From Aplysia californica (lineage: Eukaryota): DNA of 64,000 nucleotides. The stretch covers positions 1-64,000 of the forward strand of contig NW_004798544.1 in assembly GCF_000002075.1 (NCBI RefSeq), read 5' to 3'. The position numbers and the translations under genes were made by a program. A model generated the notes under the pieces. The model ran no database searches, was not told the origin of the DNA, and saw only the letters and a program-made list of their open reading frames with translations. Positions within the stretch are counted from its first letter, which is position 1, and each line of letters opens with the position of its first letter. Shown in pieces: positions 25,613 to 49,000 of the stretch.

Positions 25613-28600
25613 GTATACACTTGTCTAGAACTAGAAGTAGAAGGACATGTCTCTTATGTCTGTGACAAGCCGCATAACAACATGTCGTCCTAGTCTTTGT
25701 ACTTGTACTCTTATTAGACATGGTGTGTCACGATTCGACTTCGAAATCACAATAAAACACTGACTGATAGACCTGGACATCAAAGCAACAGAACAGGTAA
25801 GTCGGCTTTGAAATTTGAATACCGGTGAAACATCACCGTGGAAGTTCCAGGTGATACCCGCCACCGAGTCAAGTATTCACAAACATTTTTAGTTTGTGTG
25901 TATTACATGTATTAGATAATTTGAGTCCCACACAGTTCAAGGCCTACCACGTGGTGCAGATCAGATCTGTGCGCAGTCACGTCGCCCCACCCCCTCTCCA
26001 AGGACCACACATGATGAGGTCGGCGAGTACTGTGGTATGATTTGCTCCATCTTTATAAAAATAACACACATCTATTGTCATTTCCTTTAAATCTCTCCCC
26101 CTCCTTTTCTTTGCATGATAACAACATCTCTAATTTTCGGCACTAACATGACATTGACACCGGCCATGTACATTATATTTGTGTTGCAAGTAGGCCTACC
26201 GTTAAACTCTTCCAAAAACAACCCCCACCGGATAAAGCATGCCTCCAGCTTGATTTCCCCACAGTGCTGCCAGCACAGACACTGGTCAGAGTTGACAATG
26301 TCAATGTAGGCTACATCACATTAATTTTTTGCGCCCCCATCGTCACAATCTAGATCAACCATTTGGGATCGAGGTGAGCTTCCGAGTGCCTTTCAGGACC
26401 AATCCGGGATGAGAGGAGGAGGATACACATCCCAGTAGAATGACAAATATACTTGATAAAATTTCTCCCCACTCGGGAATTCAACTCCGGTTTCCTGCGT
26501 GCGACAGCAAAGCACTTGACCGCTACACCATAGACACTGATCTGACCGAGTCACTGAGAGATGAGAGTTAGTTTAAGTTTTAGTACGAGTTTTATGGTAC
26601 TTGCAACACAATAAGGTCAAAATATAAGTGCCAAAGAATACATTATGTGTTACAAGAGAGTACCAAACAAAAAGGAGGAGGTGAGAGATAAGGACGACAG
26701 ATGTTTGATAGGAAAGAGCAACCACACCAGAGCACTCACCCATCTCCTGATGAGAGTTATATATATAGCATTGTAAGGCAGAACATTGTCATTGTCATTG
26801 TATTGTAATTTTGGAATTGGAATAGCAACACACCAGCAAAAATACTTAAGAGAAAGAAAGGATGGTTTGACTACACATAATTTCTGAAAATTGAAGACAA
26901 CAATACTGTCAGCACAGCGAGGATTTCATCGAGTTTTTCCATTGATTAATGAATATGAAGCACAGCAAGGGGTCTCCAGCCCCCACAGGAGACAAACTCC
27001 TGAATCTCTATTGTGACAAACAGAATGGAACATTCTACTTCCTCTTCTATTTCTAGCTTCTTGCTCCATCTTATGCCATGTGTGGCTTAATCATGCAGCA
27101 AGATGTAGTGGGGTTCACTTGATCGTTTTTAAGCACAAGGGGGCTATCCCCAAAAATGATGTTTGAGAAAATCGAGGGTCAAGTTTTTGGACCCTTGTTC
27201 AGTTTCTATTTTAAAAATACAGGAAAGTTTCTCTATAGATAACTAAACAAATACATATATATATATATATGTAATGTCTGAGTATTCACAGGGTTTTTCA
27301 TCCTTTTGTTGTATATATGTAATATCTGAGTATTCACAAGGTTTTTCATCATTTCGTTGTATTCAAAGAGAGATTCTCTTTCTATTTTCTTGCTGTTAGA
27401 TCTGTTTTCACTCAGTCTTATGACACGGGATCAGACTCGATCCCTCCCGATGAGACGGGCTCTCCAGACCTCACCACATTCTCAGGTAACGTTTTACAGG
27501 AAGGAANNNNNNNNNNNNNNNNNNNNNNNNNNNNNNNNNNNNNNNNNNNNNNNNNNNNNNNNNNNNNNNNNNNNNNNNNNNNNNNNNNNNNNNNNNNNNN
27601 NNNNNNAATGATACCAAACTTCTCCTAGGTAGGGCAATGCCCACTTTAGTGTAGGTCAAGATTTCTGGAAACCCCAAAATCTGGATTAGCCCACTTGTCC
27701 TTAAACGCAACCACTTATCCTTTTTCCATATATTATAATTTCCCTAAACTATTCCCCCCACTACATGTCATTGTCAAATTTTCTCTTCAACTTAATAAAC
27801 GAAATAAGGACAAATCAATCTGAAGCTATTGTCACCAGCAAGGTAACCCATCAGAAACAGAACTGCACTCCACCCCTCTAAACTTTCTCTGTTCCAAATG
27901 AGTAGTAGTAGTAGTAATAGTAGTGTTGTAGTAGTAGGCCTAGTAGTAGTGGTAGTAATAGTAGTACATATGTATTCTTCTTATCTTAGTCTTGATGAAG
28001 TTGATGAATCTGGACTTTTTTACAGGAGGGATAGCTGGTTGAGCCTCAACTTCTCGAAATAAAATAAACTGATCAATTCTATGGAGGGAATGATAAGGGA
28101 GAAAAAACGATAACAGTAGCCCCTACTTGCAGTACTAATAAAAACTTGATATTAATATATATAGATGACAAGTTAACAGCAATTTTGTGCTCACAATAAG
28201 GACGCCATCCATTTGTTACCAGCACTTCGTTATTTATGATCCATACTCTACACGAGGCTGTAATGTTCATAAAAATCTGAAACAGACTGTGGGTAAAATT
28301 CAAAATAATAAGCTAACAATGCAAGCACACCACTCCTGAATACTATAAAATTAAAAGAAACAAAAACAAAAAAACGAACAAAACACCAAGAGACATTTCT
28401 CATGTATAGTTGTGTGTATTTTTCATAAAACATTAAAAATGCCACTTACAGCACAAAACAGGCAGCAAGGATTAACACACATAAACAAAACAACAAACAA
28501 TATAGACAGACAACATGAATGTCAAATTCCATGAATTAAAACTCGGACACATTGATTTGTAACAAAACAAGAAAATACACATCATACAATGTTTAGCATC

Positions 28601-29011
28601 ACTTGAAAATACTATACAATGTAAAATCATTGATCAGTGTTTACTGTTATAATTATAATAGAGTATCCAAAACAAATTAAAACAAGCCACGTTCTAAACA
28701 TTTTATGTACACACCTTACTTATAAAAAAGAACAAAAAATTATCGAGATGAATTATGAGATGTGGATGGCATGATCTGTTAATACGACGAGAGATGCTTT
28801 TAACTCTTACATCAATGAAAAAAAAAATCTGCTTGACATACCAATCAAAGGCAGGTGGGAAATGTGAACCAGGACAAAAAAGATTGCAATAATAATTTGC
28901 AGCTTTTCTCACAATGAAGTAGGTATTGTTCACTGAAGTTTAAGCAATGTCATCTTGCTCACAGGGATATGGGCATATTTGTTTTTGTTGTACCTCTGTA
29001 AACAAAGCAGC

Positions 29012-29125
29012 AACAAAGACAAAAACAACAAAAAGCAAACAAGACAAAAACAACAAAAAGCAAACAAGACAAAAACAACAAAAAGCAAACAAGACAAAAA
29101 CAACAAAAAACAAACAAGACAAAAA
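29012..29125. repeat. 25-bp A/C-rich minisatellite
   Basis: About 4.5 copies of AACAAGACAAAAACAACAAAAAGCA. Confidence 0.85.
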
Positions 29126-30426
29126 TGAAGAGGGGAAAAAAATGTCTCAGCAATGGTGTCGGTGAACACAACACCCATCTGAAATTGAAGTAAATTTTAG
29201 ACTATGGTGAGGAAAGAATTAAAAAATAAGTTAAAAAAAAAAAAGATTGTCGCAAAGACAGAAAGTGAAAAAGGTACCGTAATGAACTTCAACTTCAATG
29301 CCATGTACCCAGTGAGGATTGTTAATTACTTACCTGTCATACACACATTTCCAACCAATACTCATAACTCTCTGATATGCTGACATGTTGAAATTACACA
29401 CTGTCCCAGTCGCATCCATATGTGTGTCAAGTAAAAATGTAATATCATATAGACAAATGCTTACAAGTACATGACCTACCATACAATCCTGTAGAATTAC
29501 ATTACATCCCTCTTGAGAACAGGATAATGAATATATCCAATAGGAGGTACAGCTTCAGAAATCATTTCCACAACTAAGAGAGAAACATTTTGTTTTTCAC
29601 TGTTGCAGCCACCATGTTCAGTCCATGCCAAAACTTTTCTCTTTGTAGTTCTATGAAAGAAAAATTAAACGACACAGGACAAGAAGTTTTATTATCTGGA
29701 AAAAAGTAAAGTACAAAAAGCAATTTGCAGTTCTATATAAAAAGAAAAAGCTTTCCATAATATAATATAACACAATTTTCCGTTTAGATGTGCAGTTACC
29801 GTACTTGTAAGACTTTCAGTCCCCAAAAAGCCATGAATGAAGCAGTAATCACATTTCAAAGCTAGAGAAAAGATACCATACCAATAGTCCTGTTTATCAC
29901 GTTTAGCAGTACAGTTGTCCTCAACTTGTACATACTTCAGAAAGATATAATCACGGTATTAACTAAGAATTTATATCAACCCCTCTTTTTGTGCAATCTT
30001 ACACAAACCTCAGCAAGCAAACAATGCGGTTTTCTTTTCCTTTTACAGCAGTAGCAATTAAACTATAAAATAGGTACATGTACTTACATGTAGGCTACTG
30101 AGTTTCATCTATATATGCTAAAGAGAATCACACGAGCTACACTACAGAACAGACTTGGCCCGTGAGTCCACTTAGTGGAAAAATAACCAATTACATGACA
30201 CAGCACTACACAAACATCCTGTCAGAATCAATCCCTGAAGACTGTATCAGTGGCCAACTGCCTCGGCAACACTACGTTTGTGCAATACATGGTTGTATGT
30301 AACGAATGCTAAAAATAATCATTCCTTAATTAAAGATCAAGGCCGGCAGTTTCAACCGCACAATCCAGAATTAGAAAGATGTCTTTAATTCCAAGCTGCC
30401 GATTCAATGAAAAATTCAACACAGAT

Positions 30427-40344
<9,918 letters not shown>

Positions 40345-40435
40345 ATGGGGGCATCTTTCACAAGGAATCGCAATAATGGGGAAGAGAGTGGTGATGCGTC
40401 CTCTCAAGGCGCCTACAGATACCCGCCGAAAACAG
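40345..40435 (+). CDS. MGRN1: MGRN1 exon 1
   Basis: MGASFTRNRNNGEESGDASSQGAYRYPPKT; G|gtgcgc; N-myristoylation-type MGxxxT start. Confidence 0.92.
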
Positions 40436-43031
40436 GTGCGCTGATCTGACGAGTTTTCCTTTATAAAATTCTCAGTTCAGTTCAGTTGAGTAAAAATGAG
40501 TTGATGATGAGTTTCGTTCGTAGTCGTAGAGAGTCGAGTAGCAACTCGGAAAGGGTGTGTTGCCTTTCATTGATGATTGACAGTTCTCTGTTGTTGATCA
40601 GCTGTCAATGGCAGCATCAGTGGCCTTCTTGAGCATTAGCAGACGACCACTGTCTAGATCTACTCTGGCTATCTATGGAAGGACTTCCGTAACGAGCGAC
40701 CACCCCATCAAACACAATCAATAAGTATAAAGAAGAGGCCTAGACCTAACCCTACCCCTAACCCTAACCCTACCCTTACCCCTACTCCTACCCCAAGCCC
40801 TCAATTCTGCTCTGTCTCATAGTGGTCGCTCGTTACGGAAGTCCTCCCCTGGCTCTGGTAGAAAGGGGGGGGGGAGTGTAGATAGGGGGGGGGGGGGTTA
40901 ACTCCCCTGCTAAAGTCACAAAATTTATAGTAAGATGTAGCAATGCCAATCGCCCGCTGCGCCTTGGGCCGGAAATCGGCCTCCGCGCGAGGGGTAATTT
41001 TTGGGCCGCTCGGAATCAGAAGTGACTCTTCTAAGTCTAAGTATAGTTATGGGAAAACTCCTGGACGAAAATTATAAATGAAACTAGGCAACCAATCAGA
41101 GGAAAGGTTAAACTAACGACATGCCAGCGTACAACCCCGAACGATTACTAGAACCGGAGATATTGCCGTGTTTGTGCGAATTTCCTCTGCGGTTCGAATA
41201 CTAAGCAGAGCTGCGGGTTGATCGCTGACCACACAAGCGCCCCACATGTCTTCTTTATTGCTGTAAAATTTCAGATCTCTGCGTTTAGTAGATTTTACGT
41301 ATCAACTTAAAATTGCCACCCATCCGTTAATAAAACACTAGAGCTGGAAACTAGATCAGGCATTCCAAACGCGAGGTGCCGGCATGCAAGAGGTGCGTGA
41401 TCGCTAGGCGACATGTGATTGGCTGCCTATTACCAAATAGGTCACCGTTGACTACATCGCGGGTTTTCCCGATAGCGCTTTACTGAGTCTTAGAAGGGGT
41501 GATCGCGTCGCGGTAAAAACAATGTCACGCAATTCAACAAATTTCACGCAAATATCAGTCTTTAGGATCCATTTCAAAGTAATAAAGACATCGAAAAAGT
41601 GATAGCAGAACTAGATTCTGCACTAATAATCACATGAAAATGCCAAGTTTCATTCATATATGCTCCAATTCATTACTGACGTATGAACAGTTTTTCCTCA
41701 AAATACATCAAAACATTTTATGAAGGTCTTCCAACATTTTGCAAACAAAAATCCCAATAACTTTTTTATTTATCAGTGGATTTTTAAAATTTAAAAACCA
41801 TAGTTAGTTCTTAGAATTTACTCTATTTTCATTTAAGCCCATTTTTAAGCAATTTGGATGAAAATTTAATTTTTCATTGTCATTGCTAAAAGGTGTAGAG
41901 TAGCCTACCTGGCCCAACCCGTGACCTCTTGTCGTATTTTGCTTCTCAGCGGTCTCTGTCGGCAAAATAGGTCAGGCAGTTCATGTTCGGGGCGGCTTCA
42001 GTGTGTCAACTTCCGGTTACCGTGATATCCGTCGTCACTCATTCTAAAACATCATTGGCATTGGCAGATTTAGCATTTTAACTCTTGTCCTGCGTCTGTG
42101 CCGAGATGCGAATCTTATCAGCAACCGATTACGTCGGACATGCTGGGCAGGCTGCGGGGGTCACTTTCAAGTGAATATGGTTACAGTCATTCGAAGCATT
42201 AAATTAATAGTTTGAAGCCATTTTGAATGGACCATTGCACTTACTCTTATATTAAGTGGGAAAGTTCGGATTGTTGATTAAATTGTAAATGTAATTATTG
42301 AATAGGCCTACCTATTGTTTTGCTAAGCCTTTTAAAATTGTATTTTGAAGGCAGAAATAACTAACCTTTTAGAAGGGAGCTGACATTTTACTTTTCTTTT
42401 TCTTTCAAGTTTGTTGTTGTTCTCCCTTGAAGAGGATCTTCAGGTTATGCTGAAATTTCTACAAAATCAGTTTAAAATCTTACGCTGTAAGTCTGTATTT
42501 TTTTAAAGATTCTGGTAATATCTCGGACCAGCAAGAGAAACCATGGATACACCTGTATTATATCTATAAAATTACCATGTTTTTAGATTTTTAAAGTTGA
42601 CTCGAGGGGTTTTCTTGGACGTTCTCTTCTATTTTTTCAGAATTCTGGTATGTCCCTGTACTGTGGGGATTCAAATGACCTCACTTTTAGGGAGGGTCCC
42701 CTCTTTTATATCATCTGTTAAAAACAAGGGGTTATGGCCATAGTGCGTAAACTTTATTAATAGGTTCTGTTGATTACAAAGGCTATTCTAATGTGCAAGT
42801 GATAAGATAATTTAAACTGTATTGATCCATGGGGAAAATTCTGAGTTTTGGATGGAATATACCACAACATCAACATACAAAGATTCAGCGTCAATACAGA
42901 AATGCACTCATTACATTCATGTTTAACAAATCAATAAGCAAACGACAATGCAGAAGTCAGTAGTCAGTCACAGAAGCATACCCAAACTGTTTTTATAGGC
43001 ATGAATTCTCTTCTTCTCCCATGCTATCATA

Positions 43032-43065
<34 letters not shown>

Positions 43066-46000
43066 CCGTCTGTTTGTCNNNNNNNNNNNNNNNNNNNNNN
43101 NNNNNNNNNNNNNNNNNNNNNNNNNNNNNNNNNNNNNNNNNNNNNNNNNNNNNNNNNNNNNNNNNNNNNNNNNNNNNNNNNNNNNNNNNNNNNNNNNNNN
43201 NNNNNNNNNNNNNNNNNNNNNNNNNNNNNNNNNNNNNNNNNNNNNNNNNNNNNNNNNNNNNNNNNNNNNNNNNNNNNNNNNNNNNNNNNNNNNNNNNNNN
43301 NNNNNNNNNNNNNNNNNNNNNNNNNNNNNNNNNNNNNNNNNNNNNNNNNNNNNNNNNNNNCATAGTCTTCTCTCTATCTCTTCTATACTCGTGGCACAAA
43401 CAGATTATAATCACACACAGAAAGGTAATTCTGTCCTATACTCCTATTGGTCATTGGTCTTAGATTTGTTCTTCTTAATCTGACAGAACAAGGGACAAAG
43501 GAGTTCTTTTATCTCTCTGGTTTTGAAGTATGCATGAGGGTTTTAGTTTTAGTGTTTCTAGTTCTAGCACATTTGTTTATGCTTCATAGAGGGTTTTCAG
43601 TATGTGGTACGTAATTAGAAATTTTGAAATAACTGCAGACAATGTGATATTGAGTATTTAGCTAGGTAGTATTTATCTGATAGTTGTTTGATTTGTTTCT
43701 AGGCAGTTACTTTGGGACCCACTTCATCATGGGTGGAGAACGATTTGAGTCACCACAGCCTGGAGAATACCTCTTTGGAGACAGTGAAGAACTTAACTTC
43801 TTAGGCAACAAGCCTATGCCTGTGAGTGATTTTTCAGTTTCTACCTGTTTAATTTCAAACTGTCTTTATTTTTTGAGTGATATGATTTATCCTTTTGTTT
43901 TATTATTCTGCATGCTGTTTAACTGGTGCTCTTATGTGACATGTTTTGTAACTGTTCAGTCTTTTTCTATCTTTTTGCCATAATTTGTCAATGGCATCAT
44001 CATGCTTGTAAGCACCTCATTTGTAGCTGCTTTTTTATTTGTTGAAGTGAAGTTTTTGAGCTACTGTGGAGTCCTCCAAATTCTGCAGAGCAACCAGGTT
44101 TTCTTTGATTTAGCCGTGTTTTTGGTTTAGAGAGATTGCTCGAATCATGATGATTGTCGACAGTTTGCTTGTGGCAAATTTCACATTTTGAAAGTTTTTC
44201 CTCATACCTCTTTCAGTAACTGCAATTTGAACTGCTGGCTGTAATCTTTGTGCTTTATGTTTGACGTTGTCGGCTTGTTAATCTGTTGACAGATGAGACA
44301 AAAGATTAGATCAGCACACAGAACTGTGCTCTAGGCTAGGTTTGCCTAGACAAGTTAGAGAGCCCAATGCTAGTGGTGTCTTGAAACACACAACATGCTG
44401 TCATATGCTCATGTGTAGGGCGATTGTGAACTAGATTTACATAGGAAATAGACGGTGACCAATCCAAGGTTGTGCGACAGGATTACTTTTGCTATCTTAA
44501 GAGTCACTGGGCATAACCATTGAGCGTAGGCCAATTGATGTGTATGATAAATTATAGAGGCAAACAATACCGTGTTGATGTCTATCTCTGGTAGGCAACT
44601 AGACACGTGTATTTTTATGTCTCTGTCTTCTGTTTCACTATCTTAAAGCAGGTAAGGCTCAATGATTTCCTTTACTTGAGAGTTGTTAGTAGAGATTTGA
44701 TGGCGTAACCTTTGAAATTCTTTGTGGTTTGGAATGAAATACGAGCATTTGGGCTCAGTGAAAGGGGGTTTATTTTTCAGTTTACTGTTGCGTTTAGATT
44801 AACAATTTCATTTTATGCTGAGTCTACTGTATTACATTTTTCTTGCGAATAATAAAATAATAAAATTATTGTAAATATAAAATATGTTACTAATTACTAA
44901 TACATTTCAATTTTGTTCTAATTCCAGTTTCCATATCCTGTCCCGTCTGGAAATGATCCAACGAAAACATTGAAAAGCTTGGTTTACATTCGCAAAGATT
45001 CACTTCGAATTGTGAAGTGAGTATGATACGAGGGAAGCTGATGGAAAATTTTATAGTCTAAGAATTGCAGTTTCCTGGCCTGAGATAATTTTGAAATATA
45101 AGGCAAAAGATGTATTCAACATCTCATGTCCATTTGTGGTGTCAATTTATCTTTTTGAATGGTGTCCAAAATTATGCTTAAAGCACCTGGGCCCCTAACC
45201 TAAGACACTGCTGTTGTGGTAAAATGAATGGTTTTGTGTTCCAGTACATTTGAAATTGTTTACTTTACAATTAGCAATGTTAAAAGATAGATTTGAATCT
45301 GCAGAAAGTAAAACAATTAAAATACTTTATTATTTGTAGATAACTAGTTAATGGTATTTAGTTGTTCGTATTATTTGTAACCCTATTCACTTTTTAAAAG
45401 AACCGAATAACCTTTCTTTATTCTTCATAGAACTCCAGGGGCCACACAAGATGCAGCTGGAGATGGGACCAGCATCCCATACAACATTGAGTTCATTCTT
45501 GACTCAGATGTCAGGTGTGCCGTCAGGATTCACTATTTTGCATCGGAGGAAGTCATGAATGGCCAGATTGTGTAAGTTGTGTCTTGCTATACAAATATTG
45601 GGTTCAGATTTATGTTACTAACTAGTTTTTACAAGTGATTCTAAAGATAGAAAGTATTTTTTCAGGGTTATAAACGTTTCAGATTTCCTCTGATTTCAGA
45701 TTTTTATGCCACTCCTTTTGTAAAAAAAAAATGAGAGAGAGAGGAGGAAATTAATGCAAATGCAAAGCAAAAAAGTTTTGTCTATATAATCTAACTGAAT
45801 TGCGTGATGCATTTGCGTTTGAATTTTGCACATAATATAATAGCCCTTCTACTTCTAGTCATTGGCGCACATTAAATTGGCACAGAAACACACATCCTTA
45901 GTTTATTTTCACATCCCACTTAAAATATGCAATGCTCACTAGACTTCTATAATCATAACAAAAATTTCCCAGGATTTAATCGGTAGTACAATGATTTTTA

Positions 46001-49000
46001 AGGTCCGATGTTTTCCTAGGAAAAAGTCAGAGAGCTTTTGAAAAACTTGTTGTGCCAGTAGTAAGAAAATAGTACTGATCTGGTCGGGTTTTGTTTTGAA
46101 TACATTGAATATTGGAACTGATGTTGAAATTCCTTGGAAAAGTGCTAAAAATGTTTACCACTGTATTTGTGTCCGGACACATTCATTATAATAGTAGGAT
46201 GTTCAAAATTCTTTTAAAATATTGGCATGGAATAAGACTGCCATATAGGTCTAGATGCAGACCTTGTAGTTTAGTCTGAGATAAGAGCAGTACTGCCAAG
46301 ATGTCGACTTCTACTTGGCACACAAAATGTGTTGATGATTTGAGAAAGTAAAAATGGTGGCAACCATAAAGTATGTTGACCCAAACTAACCTGTTGATGT
46401 TATCGATGTTACATTATAAATCATGTTGCATTTGGCTTAGCTCTCAACAAAAGATACTCACAGTGATGGTCCAAGTATAACTGAGAAAAATAAAGTATAA
46501 GGAAAATCAACAAGGATGGGTTAGCTTGGTGCTGTTTCTGCAGTTCAGAGAAAAATATTTAAGTGATGGCAATGGGTTGCCTTGCTCTGCCCCTGCGCTT
46601 GCTACTTGCGGTGTTTGACCGATCATGCAACAAAGAAAGTACACAAGAGAAAAGGGACAGAAATGAACTTGGTGTTTTTTGTTTTTTTAAAAACAATTGG
46701 GAGACCCCAGACCTCCCCCCTCCCCCCCCGTGGCAGTTGATACTTTTTTTTAAGAGTGCCCATTTTCATCCCTGTGTTTTTCTTTCATTCATCAAGTTCA
46801 TAATGTGGTCATCTTTCTAAATTTTCATGTGATGTTAATGTGAAGTCTGTTAATATTCTATTTATTAGTTAGAAGAGCACTGAACAGCTGTGAATGACGT
46901 AACTAACAGCGGAAGAAGATATTGTTCCTTTACCTCCCAAATTATATTTGTAATTTCAGAAGACTATCTCATTATTATTTGTATATTTATGGAATGATGG
47001 TATTTCTCACACAGATACCATTCAAAGGACAGTTCCATGAGTTCTGAAATATTTCATTACAAAAGAGGATCTGGACAGTCTTTCAGTCAACCTTCTCACA
47101 CAGTTGAGCCGGCGAAATATCCTGAGGAGGATGTAAGGAGTGGTGTTTTCAGTTGTTTGAATGTGGAAATTTTTTGTTGTTGTATGTATCATTTAAAAAA
47201 ATAAATAATCACCCCTAGTATATTACAAGTACATATTATTGGATGGAAAAATACCACTTTAAACTACCAATGGAAAATGACTGAGTTATCGCTTTATGAT
47301 AATGATGATTTTTGTTTTTCTTTGCATCACTATTATTATTGGTGTAATCAGATCTCTTATTACTGTTAAATCTTTCAATCCTGAGTGTTTTCCACTGTTT
47401 CCCAAAGCTTTTTCTACAGTCACTTACACCTGGTGCACTATGTCTCATTATAACTTTCTAAATACGCAATCTGAACTTGCCGCCAACTTCTAAATGTCGG
47501 AAACTTGGATCGGGAATAGTTCTGAAAACAAGCAAAAACTAGCACTAAATGAAACAAAACAGTTGTCACTAGTATCAGACGGTCCCAGCATCTGATGGGG
47601 AACAGGGTTATTACCGCCGAATGCTCCCAGCGTCCAGTGAGGTTTAAAGAGTTAAATGTATATTAATATTATGAAAGGTATGTATAATAGTGGGGGCCAA
47701 TATGTTTGGAAAAATGTTATTTCAGTATGTATTTATTTATTTCTCTTCTCGAGTTTTCCCAACTTTTCCCCCCCCCCCGGTTTCCTTGATCAGTGCACAT
47801 GTAGAGTTGAAGAAAATTAATACTGTGGTGACTAATTGTCACCAACATTGCATTACTTTCAATAATGTCTGTTGATTATGGAAAAAAATAAAGTGACAGT
47901 ACCATTTAGGGATAATAATAAAAGATATAGGCTGAAGGAAGCAGACAAAGGTCATGTTAAAATGAGAATGAATGCCAATAACTCTGATCTTTAGTACCGT
48001 ATAACTAATAAATGATGATTGACACTGGTAAACAAATGTTTAAAGCAATTTGAAATAGACCTTTACCATGCATGGAATAATCTGTTCATTTGACATACAT
48101 GTACATGTTCTCTCTCTCCACCCCCCCCCCCCATTTTTTGTGGTTTTGTCAGAGCTTTATTTGATCAACATCAGATAATACAAAAACTCCTGTCACTCCT
48201 CTCAAAGACAAATAAACAGAAACATCAGGTAGGGCAAACTAGGGCCTCCTGAGGTTAGAAAAGAACCTTACAAAGCTGACTGAAAAGTAGACAAATTTCT
48301 GGGAGCACTGATTTGATGTTTTCTTTTTTTCTCTGCTCTTTTCAACAGTGGCAGTACAGTTATGACAAAGAAGTCTACCCTATTGCTATTCATTGTACAG
48401 TTGAAGAGGAAGGTATGGAAGTTGTGTTGAAGATTTTTTAATTGTTCAATCTGTCTCAGCCCACAAAGGTGTGCCAGTGTCGCCTGCTTGTTCAGTGACT
48501 TTTCCAGTGTCACGGTTGTCTCTGTCTGCTGTCTGGTTAAATGCTCTACTTTACGTTATCCTTGTTAGGCATCAAGGGGAAGTGCAATTTTCGGGGAAAG
48601 ACAAGGTTGATGGCTTCTTTTGTTGGTATGTTATTCATTTGGAGGACCTCTTTAATGTTAACCAGTTAAGTATTGCATGATCTGCCCCTGCTCTTGTATC
48701 CAGACTCTTTGTTAGCTTTCGCAGCTGGGTGATTTGGTGACATTCTCATCATATGGTTAAATATGGCCTCATTGTGCCAACTGCCTGTAAACTGAGACTC
48801 TTCTCAATGTAGAAAAGGTATCTGTGTGTCTTTATTTAAGTCCAGCTGCATGATAATGATTGTGAATGATAACAGATGAATTAATGGCAGAGTTTTGCTC
48901 ATTTGCTGTGGATTGCATGACAGTATCGTCAAGCAGGGGTCTTAGTACAATGTAGAGTTGCTGTTCTATTTCTTTGTCGGCACAACTCTTTACTCGATCT

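Noticed and set aside
40739-40801. True telomere or chromosome fusion site
   Set aside because: Short, degenerate and enclosed by MITE-like inverted repeats
42425-42460. Hammerhead ribozyme (CTTGAAGA...GAAA), also CTGATGACGAAA at ~54684
   Set aside because: The core is degenerate or stem II is missing, and I could not build stems I/III
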